Shown here: positions 9,516-20,015 of the stretch, one piece after another
How positions within the stretch are numbered: position 1 is the first letter of the stretch
How the letters are laid out: each line of letters begins with the position of its first letter
Virus record (IMG/VR): IMGVR_UViG_3300008113_000087
Length of the DNA stretch: 64,000 nt
Source of the DNA: an uncultured virus (IMG/VR IMGVR_UViG_3300008113_000087)
Taxonomy: Duplodnaviria > Heunggongvirae > Uroviricota > Caudoviricetes
Reading direction: 5' to 3' (one strand)
Notes under the pieces: model-generated
The model's database searches: none
Told to the model about the DNA's origin: nothing
The model's input: only the letters and a program-made list of their open reading frames with translations
Translations under genes and position numbers: made by a program

Positions 9516-11096
9516 TTAGAAATTCAATGGAACCGCTTCCTCTTCTCTTCCATCTGTGATAAACCCAAATGGTGTTAATTGTTCTTCTATTGCTTGTATA
9601 TGTTTTTCGTATATAACAGTTCTCATATTTACATCAGTAAGTTCTTTAAAGTATGGCTGGGTTGTAAGCCAAGCAAAAAGCACCAAAGTCATCACTATAT
9701 CATCATGATATCCATCATCAGCAGCAAAAGATCCCTTTGATTCGATGAAGGTCGAGAGTTCTGAAATTGCATCGAAATCCGTTACTAACAATTTCTTTTC
9801 TTCAACAAGCGTCTTTAGATTTAAGCAACCACGTCTTTTGACTGCTTTGTCTGTATAAACACCTAATTGAGTCTTACCGCCACCAAACCCACCAGAAACA
9901 AATTGTCCCTTAGTAGTTCTGTTGACAAATAATAGGTTTTCGTATTCTAATTCATTATACAAAATATCAGTTACTTGATCGCTAGTGTTTTGCTCAATCA
10001 GAACAAATGCATTATTATATTCCCTACCAACTTTTTCAATGATAGATGGGTATAATAATGTACTAACAGTATTGTTTCTATATTTAGCTACTATGTGATA
10101 TGGCGATTCTGTGACGTCTACAACAGTAAATGCACTGTAATCACCTTCAACACCTCTTCCGACGTCAGCAACTAAAGTATAAATGTTATCCTTTTTCGGT
10201 GGCTTAATAACATCAAATCCATCTTTCTGGAAGATGTATGGCTCTGGCGACATTTGGCCAATAGCATCGCCTGCAATAAGCGTAAGCGCAGAACCAAGAA
10301 AATTACAAAGAACCTCTTGGTTGAATTTAATTTCACCAAGCTGTCTTCTTTGCTCTTCAGCCCACACTTCATCTCTACCTGGAATTTTCCAATAAGGGAT
10401 GAACATACTCTTAAAGTCGTTTCTACCATTCTCAGCATCATTCCAAAATTTCCAGAAATGATTATATCCAAGAGGTGTTGACGTGATAAGAATTTTAGTA
10501 GTCTTACCTGCAGAAATAGTAGGATATACAGATGTAAAGAACGACTCAGCAATTTGATTCGGTATAATAGCTGCTTCGTCAATGTATAGTAAGTTTACTG
10601 ACTTTGAACGAATACCAGATATTGTTGTTGCTGCAGTAAAAACTTTACTACCATTCTCTAATTCTACGTCACCCTTATTCCAAGTGGTAACACCTTGCTG
10701 TAACCATGGTGGCAAATTTTCAAACATTAATTGATAGCGTGATAAAATTTCCTGTGCAGTTTTTGCTTTATTCGCTAACACGGCAACTGTTTTACTATCA
10801 TTAAAAATTGTATACCACAGGATATATGCTGCAGAGGTTGTTGTTTTACCCTGCTGGCGTCCTTCCATCAAAATAACCTTGCGGTTGTTGTGGATTAAAT
10901 CAACTTTTTCTTTTTGGCACTCATACAACTTAAATGGCTGTAGTCCGTCATCTAGTGTAACAATATAGCAATAATTATCTATAAAGTATATCGGATCTTG
11001 CGAACACTTTACATACTCTTCAACTTGCTCTTGTGTAAAAGAATGTTTTACACCAGCAGCTTTTAGAGATGAGTTCGAATTATAATTAGCAGCCAT
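9516..11096 (-). CDS. gp17: Terminase large subunit
   Basis: Walker A-like RQQGKTT, Walker B LLYIDEAA, STPLG.NHFW, nuclease DVGRG and HDDIVM. Confidence 0.97.
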   Translation of the reverse strand: MAANYNSNSSLKAAGVKHSFTQEQVEEYVKCSQDPIYFIDNYCYIVTLDDGLQPFKLYECQKEKVDLIHNNRKVILMEGRQQGKTTTSAAYILWYTIFNDSKTVAVLANKAKTAQEILSRYQLMFENLPPWLQQGVTTWNKGDVELENGSKVFTAATTISGIRSKSVNLLYIDEAAIIPNQIAESFFTSVYPTISAGKTTKILITSTPLGYNHFWKFWNDAENGRNDFKSMFIPYWKIPGRDEVWAEEQRRQLGEIKFNQEVLCNFLGSALTLIAGDAIGQMSPEPYIFQKDGFDVIKPPKKDNIYTLVADVGRGVEGDYSAFTVVDVTESPYHIVAKYRNNTVSTLLYPSIIEKVGREYNNAFVLIEQNTSDQVTDILYNELEYENLLFVNRTTKGQFVSGGFGGGKTQLGVYTDKAVKRRGCLNLKTLVEEKKLLVTDFDAISELSTFIESKGSFAADDGYHDDIVMTLVLFAWLTTQPYFKELTDVNMRTVIYEKHIQAIEEQLTPFGFITDGREEEAVPLNF

Positions 11097-12037
11097 TAGA
11101 CAACAGTAATAATTCCTAACATTGTGGCAGGGTTTGTTTTACTTCTGTATTTAAATGTGTTTCCTGTTGCAGCACTCATCGGTATAGTAAATGTAACAGT
11201 TTGGTTTTGGTCAGCTTCGTTTCGAGTTGCGCCAGTTGAAGAAATAAAAGCTGCAGCTGGTGCCACGTTACTTGAATCTAAAATTTCTAAAATTTCACCA
11301 GCAATAGTAGTTGTGAAACGATATGTGTGACCACGATAAACGAATAGTGTTGGATCAGCTTCACCTGCTGCTGCCAAGCCAGAGCCTGTAACTGTATAGT
11401 TTGTTGGACCTGTGCCACCAAAACTAAAGGTAATTGCAGGATGCACAAATATTGCGCCAGTTAGACCATTGGCAGATCTAACACCAGAATTAGTAATCTG
11501 AAGGTTGCTATTTAATGATGATGTTAATGAAATACCATCACCTTGAATAAGTGCGATGTCATTAGTTCCTGACGGATTCGCTGAATTTAGTCTTAGAGTT
11601 ATTTGCCCAGCGAATAATTGCTCAGTTGTTAAATTATATGTAGTATTAGTATCAGTAGAGTTTACTGTAATGGTATCAGCATCAGTTCTAACCACTGACA
11701 CGTTAGTTCCTGAAGCAATCTTCACATTATCTGTTGATGCATCTGAACCAGTTAAACGTAGATTTACACCACCAGTTGCTGTTTCTGATGAAATGCCATA
11801 TGTCGTATTAGTGTCAGCTACAACTGCAGCTGGCGCAAATGTAGTACCATTCCACCTTAAAGCATCACCATTTGATGCGCCAGCAGTAGTAATCTTTAGT
11901 GATGTCGCTCCAGCAACTGTACCCAAAGCATCATACAACTCTGTTAGTGTGTTATTAACCTTAATACCAGCATCGCGAAGAGTATCGCCTGTTCCATCGT
12001 TTGGCGTAGTACCCACATTGATCAATTGTTTTGCCAT
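11096..12037 (-). CDS. Virion structural / fibre-like protein
   Basis: N-terminal MAKQLINVGTTPNDGTGDTLRDAG.KVN motif typical of T4-like gp9/gp10-type and fibre proteins; Thr/Gly-rich; DTNTTY repeated. Confidence 0.65.
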   Translation of the reverse strand: MAKQLINVGTTPNDGTGDTLRDAGIKVNNTLTELYDALGTVAGATSLKITTAGASNGDALRWNGTTFAPAAVVADTNTTYGISSETATGGVNLRLTGSDASTDNVKIASGTNVSVVRTDADTITVNSTDTNTTYNLTTEQLFAGQITLRLNSANPSGTNDIALIQGDGISLTSSLNSNLQITNSGVRSANGLTGAIFVHPAITFSFGGTGPTNYTVTGSGLAAAGEADPTLFVYRGHTYRFTTTIAGEILEILDSSNVAPAAAFISSTGATRNEADQNQTVTFTIPMSAATGNTFKYRSKTNPATMLGIITVV

Positions 12038-12049
12038 TTTAAAACTCCT

Positions 12050-12802
12050 TTAAAATTCTTCGTTCCACGTTTCGGAAATAACCGAAGGTGGAGTTGTTTG
12101 TGTAGCCGTATAGTCTGCGACTGTTGCACCATCTTTAATCACTGTAGTATCAACCAATACTGATTTAATTGGAGTACCATTAGAAGTCGGTCCATATAAA
12201 TTAACTTTCAAATTGAACGTAAGCGTATATGTTACAAATCTTCTTGTTTGAAAATCGCCATCATAATCATCTTGCACTGAAACTGAATTCAATATAACTG
12301 GAATATCGTTAGCAACACTCATTCCTGGAATAGTATTTAGCGACAGAGTAAACTCTGGTGTAAAATATGGAAGAATCTGCTCAACTATTTGCATAGCATC
12401 TTCTTGCGTCTTCGTCAGGATGTATAACGATATATCTATATTATATGGAACTGGTGTATACATTGCTGTATATGATGGTTGTCCAGCGCCCACTGGCGCT
12501 TTATACTGAACCAACTTATTCATTCTGTTCAATTTTCTAGATGGGTCATATGAGATACTTGTTACCTCAAAAGACATTCTAGGTAATACGGTATATGTGG
12601 TATTTTCTAGATTCGGATCCTGTTCAATACGAACTATCCACTTTTCCTTTGGCGCATACGCAATTGGAACTTTAATAGTTTGAAGTGTAGTGTTTGTTCC
12701 GTCTTTAGATTTTCTCTGTATCTGAATGTTGCTGAACAAACTACCAAACGCAACAATAGTTTTTCTGATAATTCCGTGATAGAAAACTTGATTCGCTAAC
12801 AT
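12050..12802 (-). CDS. gp15: Tail sheath stabiliser / completion protein
   Basis: FYHGIIRKTIVAFGSLF, VPIAYAPKEKW, LPRMSFE, QIVEQILPYF.P. Confidence 0.95.
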   Translation of the reverse strand: MLANQVFYHGIIRKTIVAFGSLFSNIQIQRKSKDGTNTTLQTIKVPIAYAPKEKWIVRIEQDPNLENTTYTVLPRMSFEVTSISYDPSRKLNRMNKLVQYKAPVGAGQPSYTAMYTPVPYNIDISLYILTKTQEDAMQIVEQILPYFTPEFTLSLNTIPGMSVANDIPVILNSVSVQDDYDGDFQTRRFVTYTLTFNLKVNLYGPTSNGTPIKSVLVDTTVIKDGATVADYTATQTTPPSVISETWNEEF

Positions 12803-13458
12803 TAATTTACATCCCCAAACGGATTATCTTTATCAAACAGAACTGTGGCTGCTTCAGTTTTAAATCTAGTATTATCGCCGAATGATGTAGATTTCTGAAC
12901 ATCGGCATTTACCGTTGTATCATAAGACTTGAGTGTTTCAAATACATCGACAGAACCTATTCCCGTATCAATCTTCTCTGAACCATATTGGAAGAGTTCA
13001 ACTTGTAATTTATACACATACAATTTTCCAAGTTGATAGAACGGATCTTGGTGCTGAACAAACTTAATTTCAAACAATCCTTTAGTTAGAGGGAAATATA
13101 AAAGATCACCTTCACATGGTCTTGTTGGAATTATGGTTTGACCAAATTGGCCAACTAATTGTTCCCATCTACGTCTTGCAACTGTTAGAGTTGCAGATTG
13201 CTCATTCATCAAACCAAACTTTTGTATAAACTGTCCCTGCCCATCAAAGTTATCTACGTTCTCGAAATACATTTCGATTGGGTATGAGGATATAAATTTA
13301 CTTAAACGATCCTCCCCCAAAATCTCATCTTTTGCTACGAGAGTTCTTGGGAGATAGAACATATCTTGACCATAAATGGATAAAGACTCGATGATCAGAT
13401 CTTCTATTAGAAGCTGTTCGTTTCGAGTTCCGTGGCTAAAATATACATTTCTAGCCAT
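12802..13458 (-). CDS. gp14: Neck protein
   Basis: EQLLIEDLIIES..IYG.D..YLPR, RP.EGDLLYFP, PFYQLGK. Confidence 0.95.
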   Translation of the reverse strand: MARNVYFSHGTRNEQLLIEDLIIESLSIYGQDMFYLPRTLVAKDEILGEDRLSKFISSYPIEMYFENVDNFDGQGQFIQKFGLMNEQSATLTVARRRWEQLVGQFGQTIIPTRPCEGDLLYFPLTKGLFEIKFVQHQDPFYQLGKLYVYKLQVELFQYGSEKIDTGIGSVDVFETLKSYDTTVNADVQKSTSFGDNTRFKTEAATVLFDKDNPFGDVN

Positions 13459-13461
13459 AAG

Positions 13462-14205
13462 TTATCCCATGAAGAATTCGAGAGGCGCTGATTTGTTTTT
13501 TAGATTATCTTCTAACTCACGCATTTCATCAATCGCCTCTTTATAGAGACCATCGCCATCTACCGTTACACCACCAGGAAGTTGTAGACCATTAAATTTT
13601 TTCAAGTTAGTTGCCCACTGTTTTTTAAACAGCGCTGTTGTATAATGTTTTAGCCATGGTTCGCCAAACATTTTCGGAAATTGAGCTGGGTCTAGTACAC
13701 GATATGCTTCGACAAGTAAATATTGCCCAGCTTTTACTTCAGTGCCCCAATCTAAATCAATATGAAGTCTATCTTGTAAACGATTGAATCTATATAAGAC
13801 AGATCCATTTAAAACATTGTCAAGCAACGATAAATGATTCATTACAGTTTTATAATAGATGATTGATGTTGATGTCAAATCATATAAATCATTTAATCTT
13901 AGTTGATATTGTAAATCGAAAATAGACTTAGATGATGACGTGCCACCGACAGTAGGGAACACACGTGTTACACCATAAACTAAATCATTGATTGGAATGT
14001 AACGATTGGCTACATCAGTTTCAGTTACTAGGTGCTTCAAATAAATTTTTTCAGTACCATCGTAGTGATATTGTCTCCAATATTCTATGGCTTCGTCTAA
14101 GCGATCTTCTAGTTGATCATCGTCAACATTAATCTCTACAACTGGTTCGCCCAATTCTCTTAAACAATATTTTTTTAACTTTTCTCTGGTATCGACAGCA
14201 GCCAT
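13462..14205 (-). CDS. gp13: Neck protein (start re-called at ATG 14205 behind GGAGG)
   Basis: YCLRELGEPVVEINVDDDQLEDR, KKQWATNL.KF.GLQLPGGV. Confidence 0.95.
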   Translation of the reverse strand: MAAVDTREKLKKYCLRELGEPVVEINVDDDQLEDRLDEAIEYWRQYHYDGTEKIYLKHLVTETDVANRYIPINDLVYGVTRVFPTVGGTSSSKSIFDLQYQLRLNDLYDLTSTSIIYYKTVMNHLSLLDNVLNGSVLYRFNRLQDRLHIDLDWGTEVKAGQYLLVEAYRVLDPAQFPKMFGEPWLKHYTTALFKKQWATNLKKFNGLQLPGGVTVDGDGLYKEAIDEMRELEDNLKNKSAPLEFFMG

Positions 14206-14206
14206 A

Positions 14207-15832
14207 TTAGCCTCCGAGCGCAATAGCGAAAGGTATACCTGCTAAACTAGCACCAGCTTTAGTTACCATTGCAGTATTGCTTCCAGCAGGATATCCTCCA
14301 GCAGAGTTCTTGTTGGTCATCATATCACCATTAGCATCAAGCATAAGTTTAGTTGTGCCCAAGTAGATAGTTGTACCTGCTAGATATAAGTCGCGGAATC
14401 TGTTTGTTGCACTACCCAAGTCGTAAGTAATAGATGCAGTTGGCAAAAGGTGACCAGTGATACTTGTATTACCACTTAGGGTTGGTGTTGTTAATGTTGG
14501 ACTTGTGCCAAACACTAATGCGCCAGAACCTGTTTCATCAGAGATAACACCAAGCAACTCGGCTGATGTTGTAGCAGCAAATTGTGATAGTTTACCTGAA
14601 GTGACTGCAAGACCAGTAACTGAACCACCTAATGAAATGGCAGATCCATTAATACTAATACTGCTATTCGTTAGAGAACTGTTTGCGATATTAGATAGGG
14701 TGTTAGATGCACCACTAATAGTTTTATTTGTAAGAGTTTCAGTTCCTGCTAAAGTAGCAAGAGTACCAATAACAGGTAGTGTTAATGTAGTGTTTCCAGT
14801 TGCAGTAAATGTCTGAGCAAACGCACCAGCGTGAGTAACAGCGCCAGAAGTAATTAAGTTACCACCCAATGTAATTGTCTTACCAGTATTTGCTACACCA
14901 GTACCACCATATTGAGCAGCAATTATGCTGCCTTGCCATGTACCAGTACCGATAGTACCCACAGTAGTTAGAGAAGAGGAAGTGACACCAGAACCTAGAG
15001 TTGATGCAGAAAGAACTGAAGTTCCATTAATCTCATAAACTTTACCAGTGACAAGGTTAAAATCTTCAGAAGAACTCCAACCAATTGAAGACCAACTAAT
15101 TGTTTTATCAGTTGCGCCTTTAAGAGTAATACCACCACCATTGGCAGTAATATCAGTTGGCGATGCTGTAGAACCTAACTCAATGTTGATATCATCAACA
15201 CTGAGAGTTGTCGAGTTAATTGTTGTTGTTGTTCCATTTACTGTTAAGTCGCCATCAACAACTAAGTCTTTTTTTACTGTAGTAGTACCGCCACTGGCAG
15301 AACCAATGTTAATATTTGTCGTAGAACCTGTTGCGCCACCTGTACCAAGGTTTACTGTTTTCGTTACACCAGTGTTAGTGGCAGCAGTTGCTAGGTTTAC
15401 TGTGTTCGCCACAGCAGCATTGGTGTTTCCGATGTTCAGCGATGTTGCTGCAGCACCAAAGTTTATTGTAGTTGGTGTGTCAAGTAAAGCGAACGATGCG
15501 CTACTAGATGATAGTTGTGTAGTAACAACTGGACTTGCCAATGTTTTATTTGTTAGTGTCTCTGTTCCATCGATAGTGGAAACATCAGCATCTGAAATAG
15601 CAGTATTTAATTGAGCAAGAGTTGCCGATAAAGTGTTACTTGTTAAATTGATTGTTTTGTTAGTTAGAGTTTGAGTAGCAGCTTTCTGCACCAACTCAAA
15701 ACCACCAGCAGTACTACCATCATGAACACGGACAGTATCTAATTGTGTATCAATACTAAGTTCGCCCACTGCACCAGTGAAAGAATTGTTTTGTGTAGTA
15801 GTACCACGTCTAAATTGCACAACTGTTGGCAT
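14207..15832 (-). CDS. Tail fibre-like protein with Mtd-N-like N-terminus
   Basis: QFRRGTT......TGAVGEL.IDT....VRVHDGST.GG N-terminus; repeated ETLTNKT; ends AIALGG. Confidence 0.7.
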   Translation of the reverse strand: MPTVVQFRRGTTTQNNSFTGAVGELSIDTQLDTVRVHDGSTAGGFELVQKAATQTLTNKTINLTSNTLSATLAQLNTAISDADVSTIDGTETLTNKTLASPVVTTQLSSSSASFALLDTPTTINFGAAATSLNIGNTNAAVANTVNLATAATNTGVTKTVNLGTGGATGSTTNINIGSASGGTTTVKKDLVVDGDLTVNGTTTTINSTTLSVDDINIELGSTASPTDITANGGGITLKGATDKTISWSSIGWSSSEDFNLVTGKVYEINGTSVLSASTLGSGVTSSSLTTVGTIGTGTWQGSIIAAQYGGTGVANTGKTITLGGNLITSGAVTHAGAFAQTFTATGNTTLTLPVIGTLATLAGTETLTNKTISGASNTLSNIANSSLTNSSISINGSAISLGGSVTGLAVTSGKLSQFAATTSAELLGVISDETGSGALVFGTSPTLTTPTLSGNTSITGHLLPTASITYDLGSATNRFRDLYLAGTTIYLGTTKLMLDANGDMMTNKNSAGGYPAGSNTAMVTKAGASLAGIPFAIALGG

Positions 15833-15846
15833 TTATATCTCCACTT

Positions 15847-16593
15847 TTATAATGTTCCAAAATTTACGGATCTAAGATATCCTGGATATCCTGCTAAGTC
15901 GTAATCTTTGGCGGATGTTATGTCAATACCGAAAGCGTCTTGTGTTGCAGAGAAAGCAGTAAAGTCACCATAGTCTCCAGTTGGAAACACTTCGGTATTA
16001 ACTACGTCTTCTACAAATGCTTCTGAAGCAAATGTGCCAGCATCAAGTCCAGTATTAGTAATCGTTATCTTATTTAGTATAGAGTCCAGAGTAATAGAAA
16101 TACCTGAACCACCAACAAAATCTAAAGAAGATGATGTTATTGCAGATAATGAGGTTTGACTCGGAGAAGTTATAGAAGCAAAACCAGATCCATTAGGGAT
16201 GAAGGTTAAATTTCCTGCGCCATCAGTTGAGATAACTTGGTTTGCAGCTCCGTCTGCTGTCGGTAACGTATATGCATTATTTACACTTACTGAACCTGCG
16301 CTCAATTTTCCTGCGACGCCAACACCACCTGTAACTTTTAATGCGCCAGTAGTAGTTGATGTTGAAGCAGTTGCATTACTTAAAGTAATAGCGTTTGATG
16401 ACGAAGCCCCACGACTAGTAATATTTTGAAGAGTATCACTGGCAGTCGCAATTAATACAACATTACCACCACTATCTTTTGTGTATATTTTTTTATCAGC
16501 TGAGTTAAATGCGACTTCCCCGACCTGCAGGTCTCCTACCAATGGTACTACACTGGCAACTTCAGAACGCTTTAACTTAATTACATTCGCCAT
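15847..16593 (-). CDS. Virion structural / fibre-associated protein
   Basis: IKLKRS...P....L..GE.A.N.AD N-terminus; STTTGALKVTGGVGV; YTLPTADG motifs. Confidence 0.65.
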   Translation of the reverse strand: MANVIKLKRSEVASVVPLVGDLQVGEVAFNSADKKIYTKDSGGNVVLIATASDTLQNITSRGASSSNAITLSNATASTSTTTGALKVTGGVGVAGKLSAGSVSVNNAYTLPTADGAANQVISTDGAGNLTFIPNGSGFASITSPSQTSLSAITSSSLDFVGGSGISITLDSILNKITITNTGLDAGTFASEAFVEDVVNTEVFPTGDYGDFTAFSATQDAFGIDITSAKDYDLAGYPGYLRSVNFGTL

Positions 16594-16595
16594 TA

Positions 16596-19370
16596 TTAGA
16601 ACGATCCACCATCAAGGTCACCATAAACTAATGTTGTACCATTAGATTGTAGAATTTTTCCACTAGTACCAACTGTTAGTTTACTTAAAGCAGATGCGCC
16701 AGAAGCAACCAACAAATCACCAACGCTGTAACTAGATTGGCCAGTACCACCATATAGTGCTGCAATTACGCTACCTTGCCAAGTACCAGTAGTGATAGTG
16801 CCAAGAGTTGTGATAGTGCTTTGACCAACATATGTTGACGCAATATCAATACTATTTGCATTGGCAGTAATTCTATCTGCAGTTCCAATAACATCTAGAA
16901 CACCAGATGTTAGTGTTAAACCAGTACCAGCAACAGTTGATTTTAGTTGTAGATTATCTGATCCGTCTAATTCTAAGCCACCATTCGTAGCGACATTAAG
17001 GTCGATTACACCAGCAGTATATGTTAAACCAAGACCAGCTAATGTTGTTTCAAGAGAAAGAACACCAGAAGCATAATCTAAACCAGTACCTGCTAATGAC
17101 GATTTTAGTTGTAAGGAATCAGATGATATTTCGATACCACCAGATCCTGCGACATTAACTTCTAGCGTATATCCATTTTTAGATAAACCATTACCAGCAA
17201 TTAATGTACCAGAAGAAGAGAATAAAGTCCAGTTGATTGCGTCAGTGCCGATAGTTACAACACTATCAGAAACTACAACGAAACCAGTGTTATCATTTAT
17301 AGTACCTTGTTCAACGAAAACGAAAGTTCCTGGATTTAATTCAGCAGGAGCATCAGCATCTGTTGAGCGAGTCCAAGCACCAGAAGCAACAACATAGATA
17401 CCATTCTGAGATGCGGTTGATTGGTCTTTAACAAGAACACGATCGCCAACAGAAAGAGCAACACCATCAACAGTTTGTGTATTGCTTAGTGTAATATTTG
17501 CAGTTGTGGCAGCTTTAACTGAATTTTTAACATCAAGCCCAGAACGAGCAGCATCAACGTAGTATTTTGTAGCAGCATCACTATCTGCCGTTGGTTCAGC
17601 AAGGTTGGTGATGCGAGTTGCAGAAGCATCGATAACACCTGTTCCATTTGGATCAAGAACGATATTACCATTAGTATCTGTAGAAGAAATTGTGTTTCCG
17701 TCGATATTAATGTTATCAACAGTAACTGCAGTAAGACCTGCCAATGAGGTTTGTGTCGCACCAAGAGAGACAGATGAAGAACCGATTGTTACTGCACTGT
17801 TTACAAGTTTGGAGTTAGCAACTCCAGCAGTTTTAATCGTAACATCGCCTACGTTTGATACGTCGAAGTTAGTTGCAGAGAAAGAAGCAATACCAGCATT
17901 GGCACCACTCGCATATTCTCCAGTTACTGTAATTGATGTTCCAGTATGTGTAACATCAATACCTTCACCACCAAGAATGCTAATAGCATTCCCACCCATA
18001 CTCATTGCGCCACTGTCTGTTGTAACAGCTTTTACAACTGAGTCAGCTAAAGTAACAACACCAGCAGTAACATTGAAACCAGATGTCGCGAAAGAAGCAA
18101 TACCCTTGTTAGTAGAAGTAGCATCTTCGCCTGCAACAGTAATAGTTGCACCAGATGCTGTAACATCAACACCTTCACCACCAACAATAGCAATCGCATG
18201 ACCACTTGGGGTTACTGCAGCAGAAGCATCGACAGTTAAACCTTTGATTACTGTGTCTTTTAACTCAACTGCACCAGCAGTTATGTTAAAGTCAGTAGTT
18301 TCAAAAGAAGCAACACCCTTGTTGGATGTAGAAGCATCTTCTGCAGAAATAGTAACAGTATTAGTTGCTGAATTGATTGCTGTATCAATACCTTCGCCAC
18401 CAGCGAATGTTAACGTATCAGTACCAAGAGCAATAGAGTCTGTGCCTTGTCCAGCATCGCTTGCGATACTTAGACTTGTTGAAATATTATTGGTAGTTAC
18501 TGCAGTAACAAGACCTTTTGCGTTTACAGTAATAGATGGTATTGATGACGCTGACCCAAATGTTCCAACATTAGAGTTTACAGTATCTAAGGTAACACTA
18601 ATTGTAGTATTACCAAGATTTGTCATTGTAGCAGAACCATCAGCATCGCCGTCAATAGTGATAGTAGGATCATTTACATTAAAATCTAACTTACCATTTG
18701 TGTCATCATATGTTACTGAGATTCCAGATTCAGTGTTAGAAGAAACCATTCCTCCAACAATATCTTCAATGGCTTCAGATTTAAGTGTAACAGCGCCTGA
18801 AGTTACGAGAAAGTCTTGCGATGCGAAAGAAGCAATACCTTTGTTGGTATCAGTAGCATCTTCTGCAGAAATAGTATATGTGTTAGCGCCATCATTGTAG
18901 GTTAAGTCAATACCTTCGCCTTCTACAAATGTAGCATTTACTGTATCTTGAATGTACTCAGCGAGTGTATCAGTAGTGCCGTTAACATATGGATTATTAA
19001 GAACTAATTTACCAGTTCCGTTTGGAGCAAGAACGACGTTTCCATTAGTATCTGTAGATGATATTGTATTACCGTTAAGATCAAGGTTATCAACTTTTAA
19101 GTTGTCGATCTTACTGCTAGAATCAGTAATAATTGCAGAAGATGCGGTTAGAACCCCCTTCGCATGATCCAGCATGTCGGTAAAATATTTACCGCCAATA
19201 ACAATGTGCGTTGCAGCATTACCAGAAATCTCATTACCGATACCAACGTAAAGTCGGTCACCACCAGAGACAACGCTAGAATCTGCTGCTGAATATGCTA
19301 GTTCTCCATTACCAAGTGTGGTAGGATCCCCAGCGGTTGTAGATCTTTTTATGCGAATAATTGATGCCAT
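16596..19370 (-). CDS. Long fibre-like virion protein with internal repeats
   Basis: IRIKRS...GELAYS N-terminus; four GEGID...AEDA...NKG.ASF repeats; DAATKYYVD, VGDRVLVKDQ...QNGIY; ends LDGGSF. Confidence 0.75.
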   Translation of the reverse strand: MASIIRIKRSTTAGDPTTLGNGELAYSAADSSVVSGGDRLYVGIGNEISGNAATHIVIGGKYFTDMLDHAKGVLTASSAIITDSSSKIDNLKVDNLDLNGNTISSTDTNGNVVLAPNGTGKLVLNNPYVNGTTDTLAEYIQDTVNATFVEGEGIDLTYNDGANTYTISAEDATDTNKGIASFASQDFLVTSGAVTLKSEAIEDIVGGMVSSNTESGISVTYDDTNGKLDFNVNDPTITIDGDADGSATMTNLGNTTISVTLDTVNSNVGTFGSASSIPSITVNAKGLVTAVTTNNISTSLSIASDAGQGTDSIALGTDTLTFAGGEGIDTAINSATNTVTISAEDASTSNKGVASFETTDFNITAGAVELKDTVIKGLTVDASAAVTPSGHAIAIVGGEGVDVTASGATITVAGEDATSTNKGIASFATSGFNVTAGVVTLADSVVKAVTTDSGAMSMGGNAISILGGEGIDVTHTGTSITVTGEYASGANAGIASFSATNFDVSNVGDVTIKTAGVANSKLVNSAVTIGSSSVSLGATQTSLAGLTAVTVDNINIDGNTISSTDTNGNIVLDPNGTGVIDASATRITNLAEPTADSDAATKYYVDAARSGLDVKNSVKAATTANITLSNTQTVDGVALSVGDRVLVKDQSTASQNGIYVVASGAWTRSTDADAPAELNPGTFVFVEQGTINDNTGFVVVSDSVVTIGTDAINWTLFSSSGTLIAGNGLSKNGYTLEVNVAGSGGIEISSDSLQLKSSLAGTGLDYASGVLSLETTLAGLGLTYTAGVIDLNVATNGGLELDGSDNLQLKSTVAGTGLTLTSGVLDVIGTADRITANANSIDIASTYVGQSTITTLGTITTGTWQGSVIAALYGGTGQSSYSVGDLLVASGASALSKLTVGTSGKILQSNGTTLVYGDLDGGSF

Positions 19371-19388
19371 CTCTATTTCCCTTGAATG

Positions 19389-19604
19389 TTAATAATTCCC
19401 GCCTTCTAAATTTTGGGCGTTTAATGTTGTTGTTGCTGTCCACTTACTTGTTGCTGTTTTATATACCAACAAAGATCCTTCAGTTTTTCCTGTTGCGTCG
19501 ACTTCGACGTTGGCGCTAAGAGGGCTGAGCGCACCAGATAGACCTTGTATACCAACTGTGCTAACAGTAATTTGTGCGTCGGGTTGTACTATTACTTCTG
19601 GCAT
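19389..19604 (-). CDS. Small virion-associated hypothetical protein
   Basis: 71 aa, ends LEGGNY like neighbour's LDGGSF; SD AAGG. Confidence 0.65.
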   Translation of the reverse strand: MPEVIVQPDAQITVSTVGIQGLSGALSPLSANVEVDATGKTEGSLLVYKTATSKWTATTTLNAQNLEGGNY

Positions 19605-19608
19605 ATTA

Positions 19609-19938
19609 TTACCTTGTTATTTCTGGAGAAAGCACGACTATACCTTCAAGCACTCGTTTCTTTTCGCTACCGACTGTAGTCTCTACGTCGTATAAGTATC
19701 TCCCTGCTGATACTGCAGAAGAAGCGGATGCAGATAATCTCAGTCTAATTTGGCCAAGTGCTCCATTATACACACTTACATCAAAATTAGTGGAGGAAGA
19801 AGAATTATATGACTTCCTAAACTGCGCTGCTAATGTGTGGTTGGTTAAGTTTAGTGGTGTTCCATCCTGATTGTTCAATGTAATGATTGAACTATAATCA
19901 GATCCTTGATCAATATAAAGATTAGATAATGTTGCCAC
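19609..19938 (-). CDS. Conserved virion-region protein (possible fibre attachment domain)
   Basis: NLYIDQG.D....I, GRYLYDVE, RVLEGIV...PEITR; GTG start with SD. Confidence 0.7.
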   Translation of the reverse strand: MATLSNLYIDQGSDYSSIITLNNQDGTPLNLTNHTLAAQFRKSYNSSSSTNFDVSVYNGALGQIRLRLSASASSAVSAGRYLYDVETTVGSEKKRVLEGIVVLSPEITR

Positions 19939-19963
19939 TTTTTGTCCCTTTAGAATACAACTA

Positions 19964-19971
19964 TATTTATA
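19964..19971 (-). promoter_or_regulatory. T4-type late promoter TATAAATA
   Basis: Exact consensus immediately downstream of a terminator. Confidence 0.8.
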
Positions 19972-19992
19972 ATTATTGCAAGGTAGAGAAAC

Positions 19993-20012
19993 AAAAAACC
20001 CTTTCGGGTTTT
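19993..20012 (-). terminator. Rho-independent terminator
   Basis: AAAACCC-GAAA-GGGTTTTTT on minus strand. Confidence 0.75.
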
Positions 20013-20015
20013 AAA

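Noticed and set aside
9516..11096. Possible intein or intron in terminase and other core genes
   Set aside because: Lengths are normal, motifs are contiguous and no homing endonuclease ORF was seen
14207..15832. Mtd-like N-terminus suggesting a diversity-generating retroelement
   Set aside because: No reverse transcriptase and no TR/VR pair with adenine-specific mismatches seen in the window
11556..19167. Many long plus-strand ORFs opposite fibre genes (also minus-strand ORFs at 52691-54459)
   Set aside because: Antisense shadows caused by codon bias of the real genes; no SD or recognisable motifs
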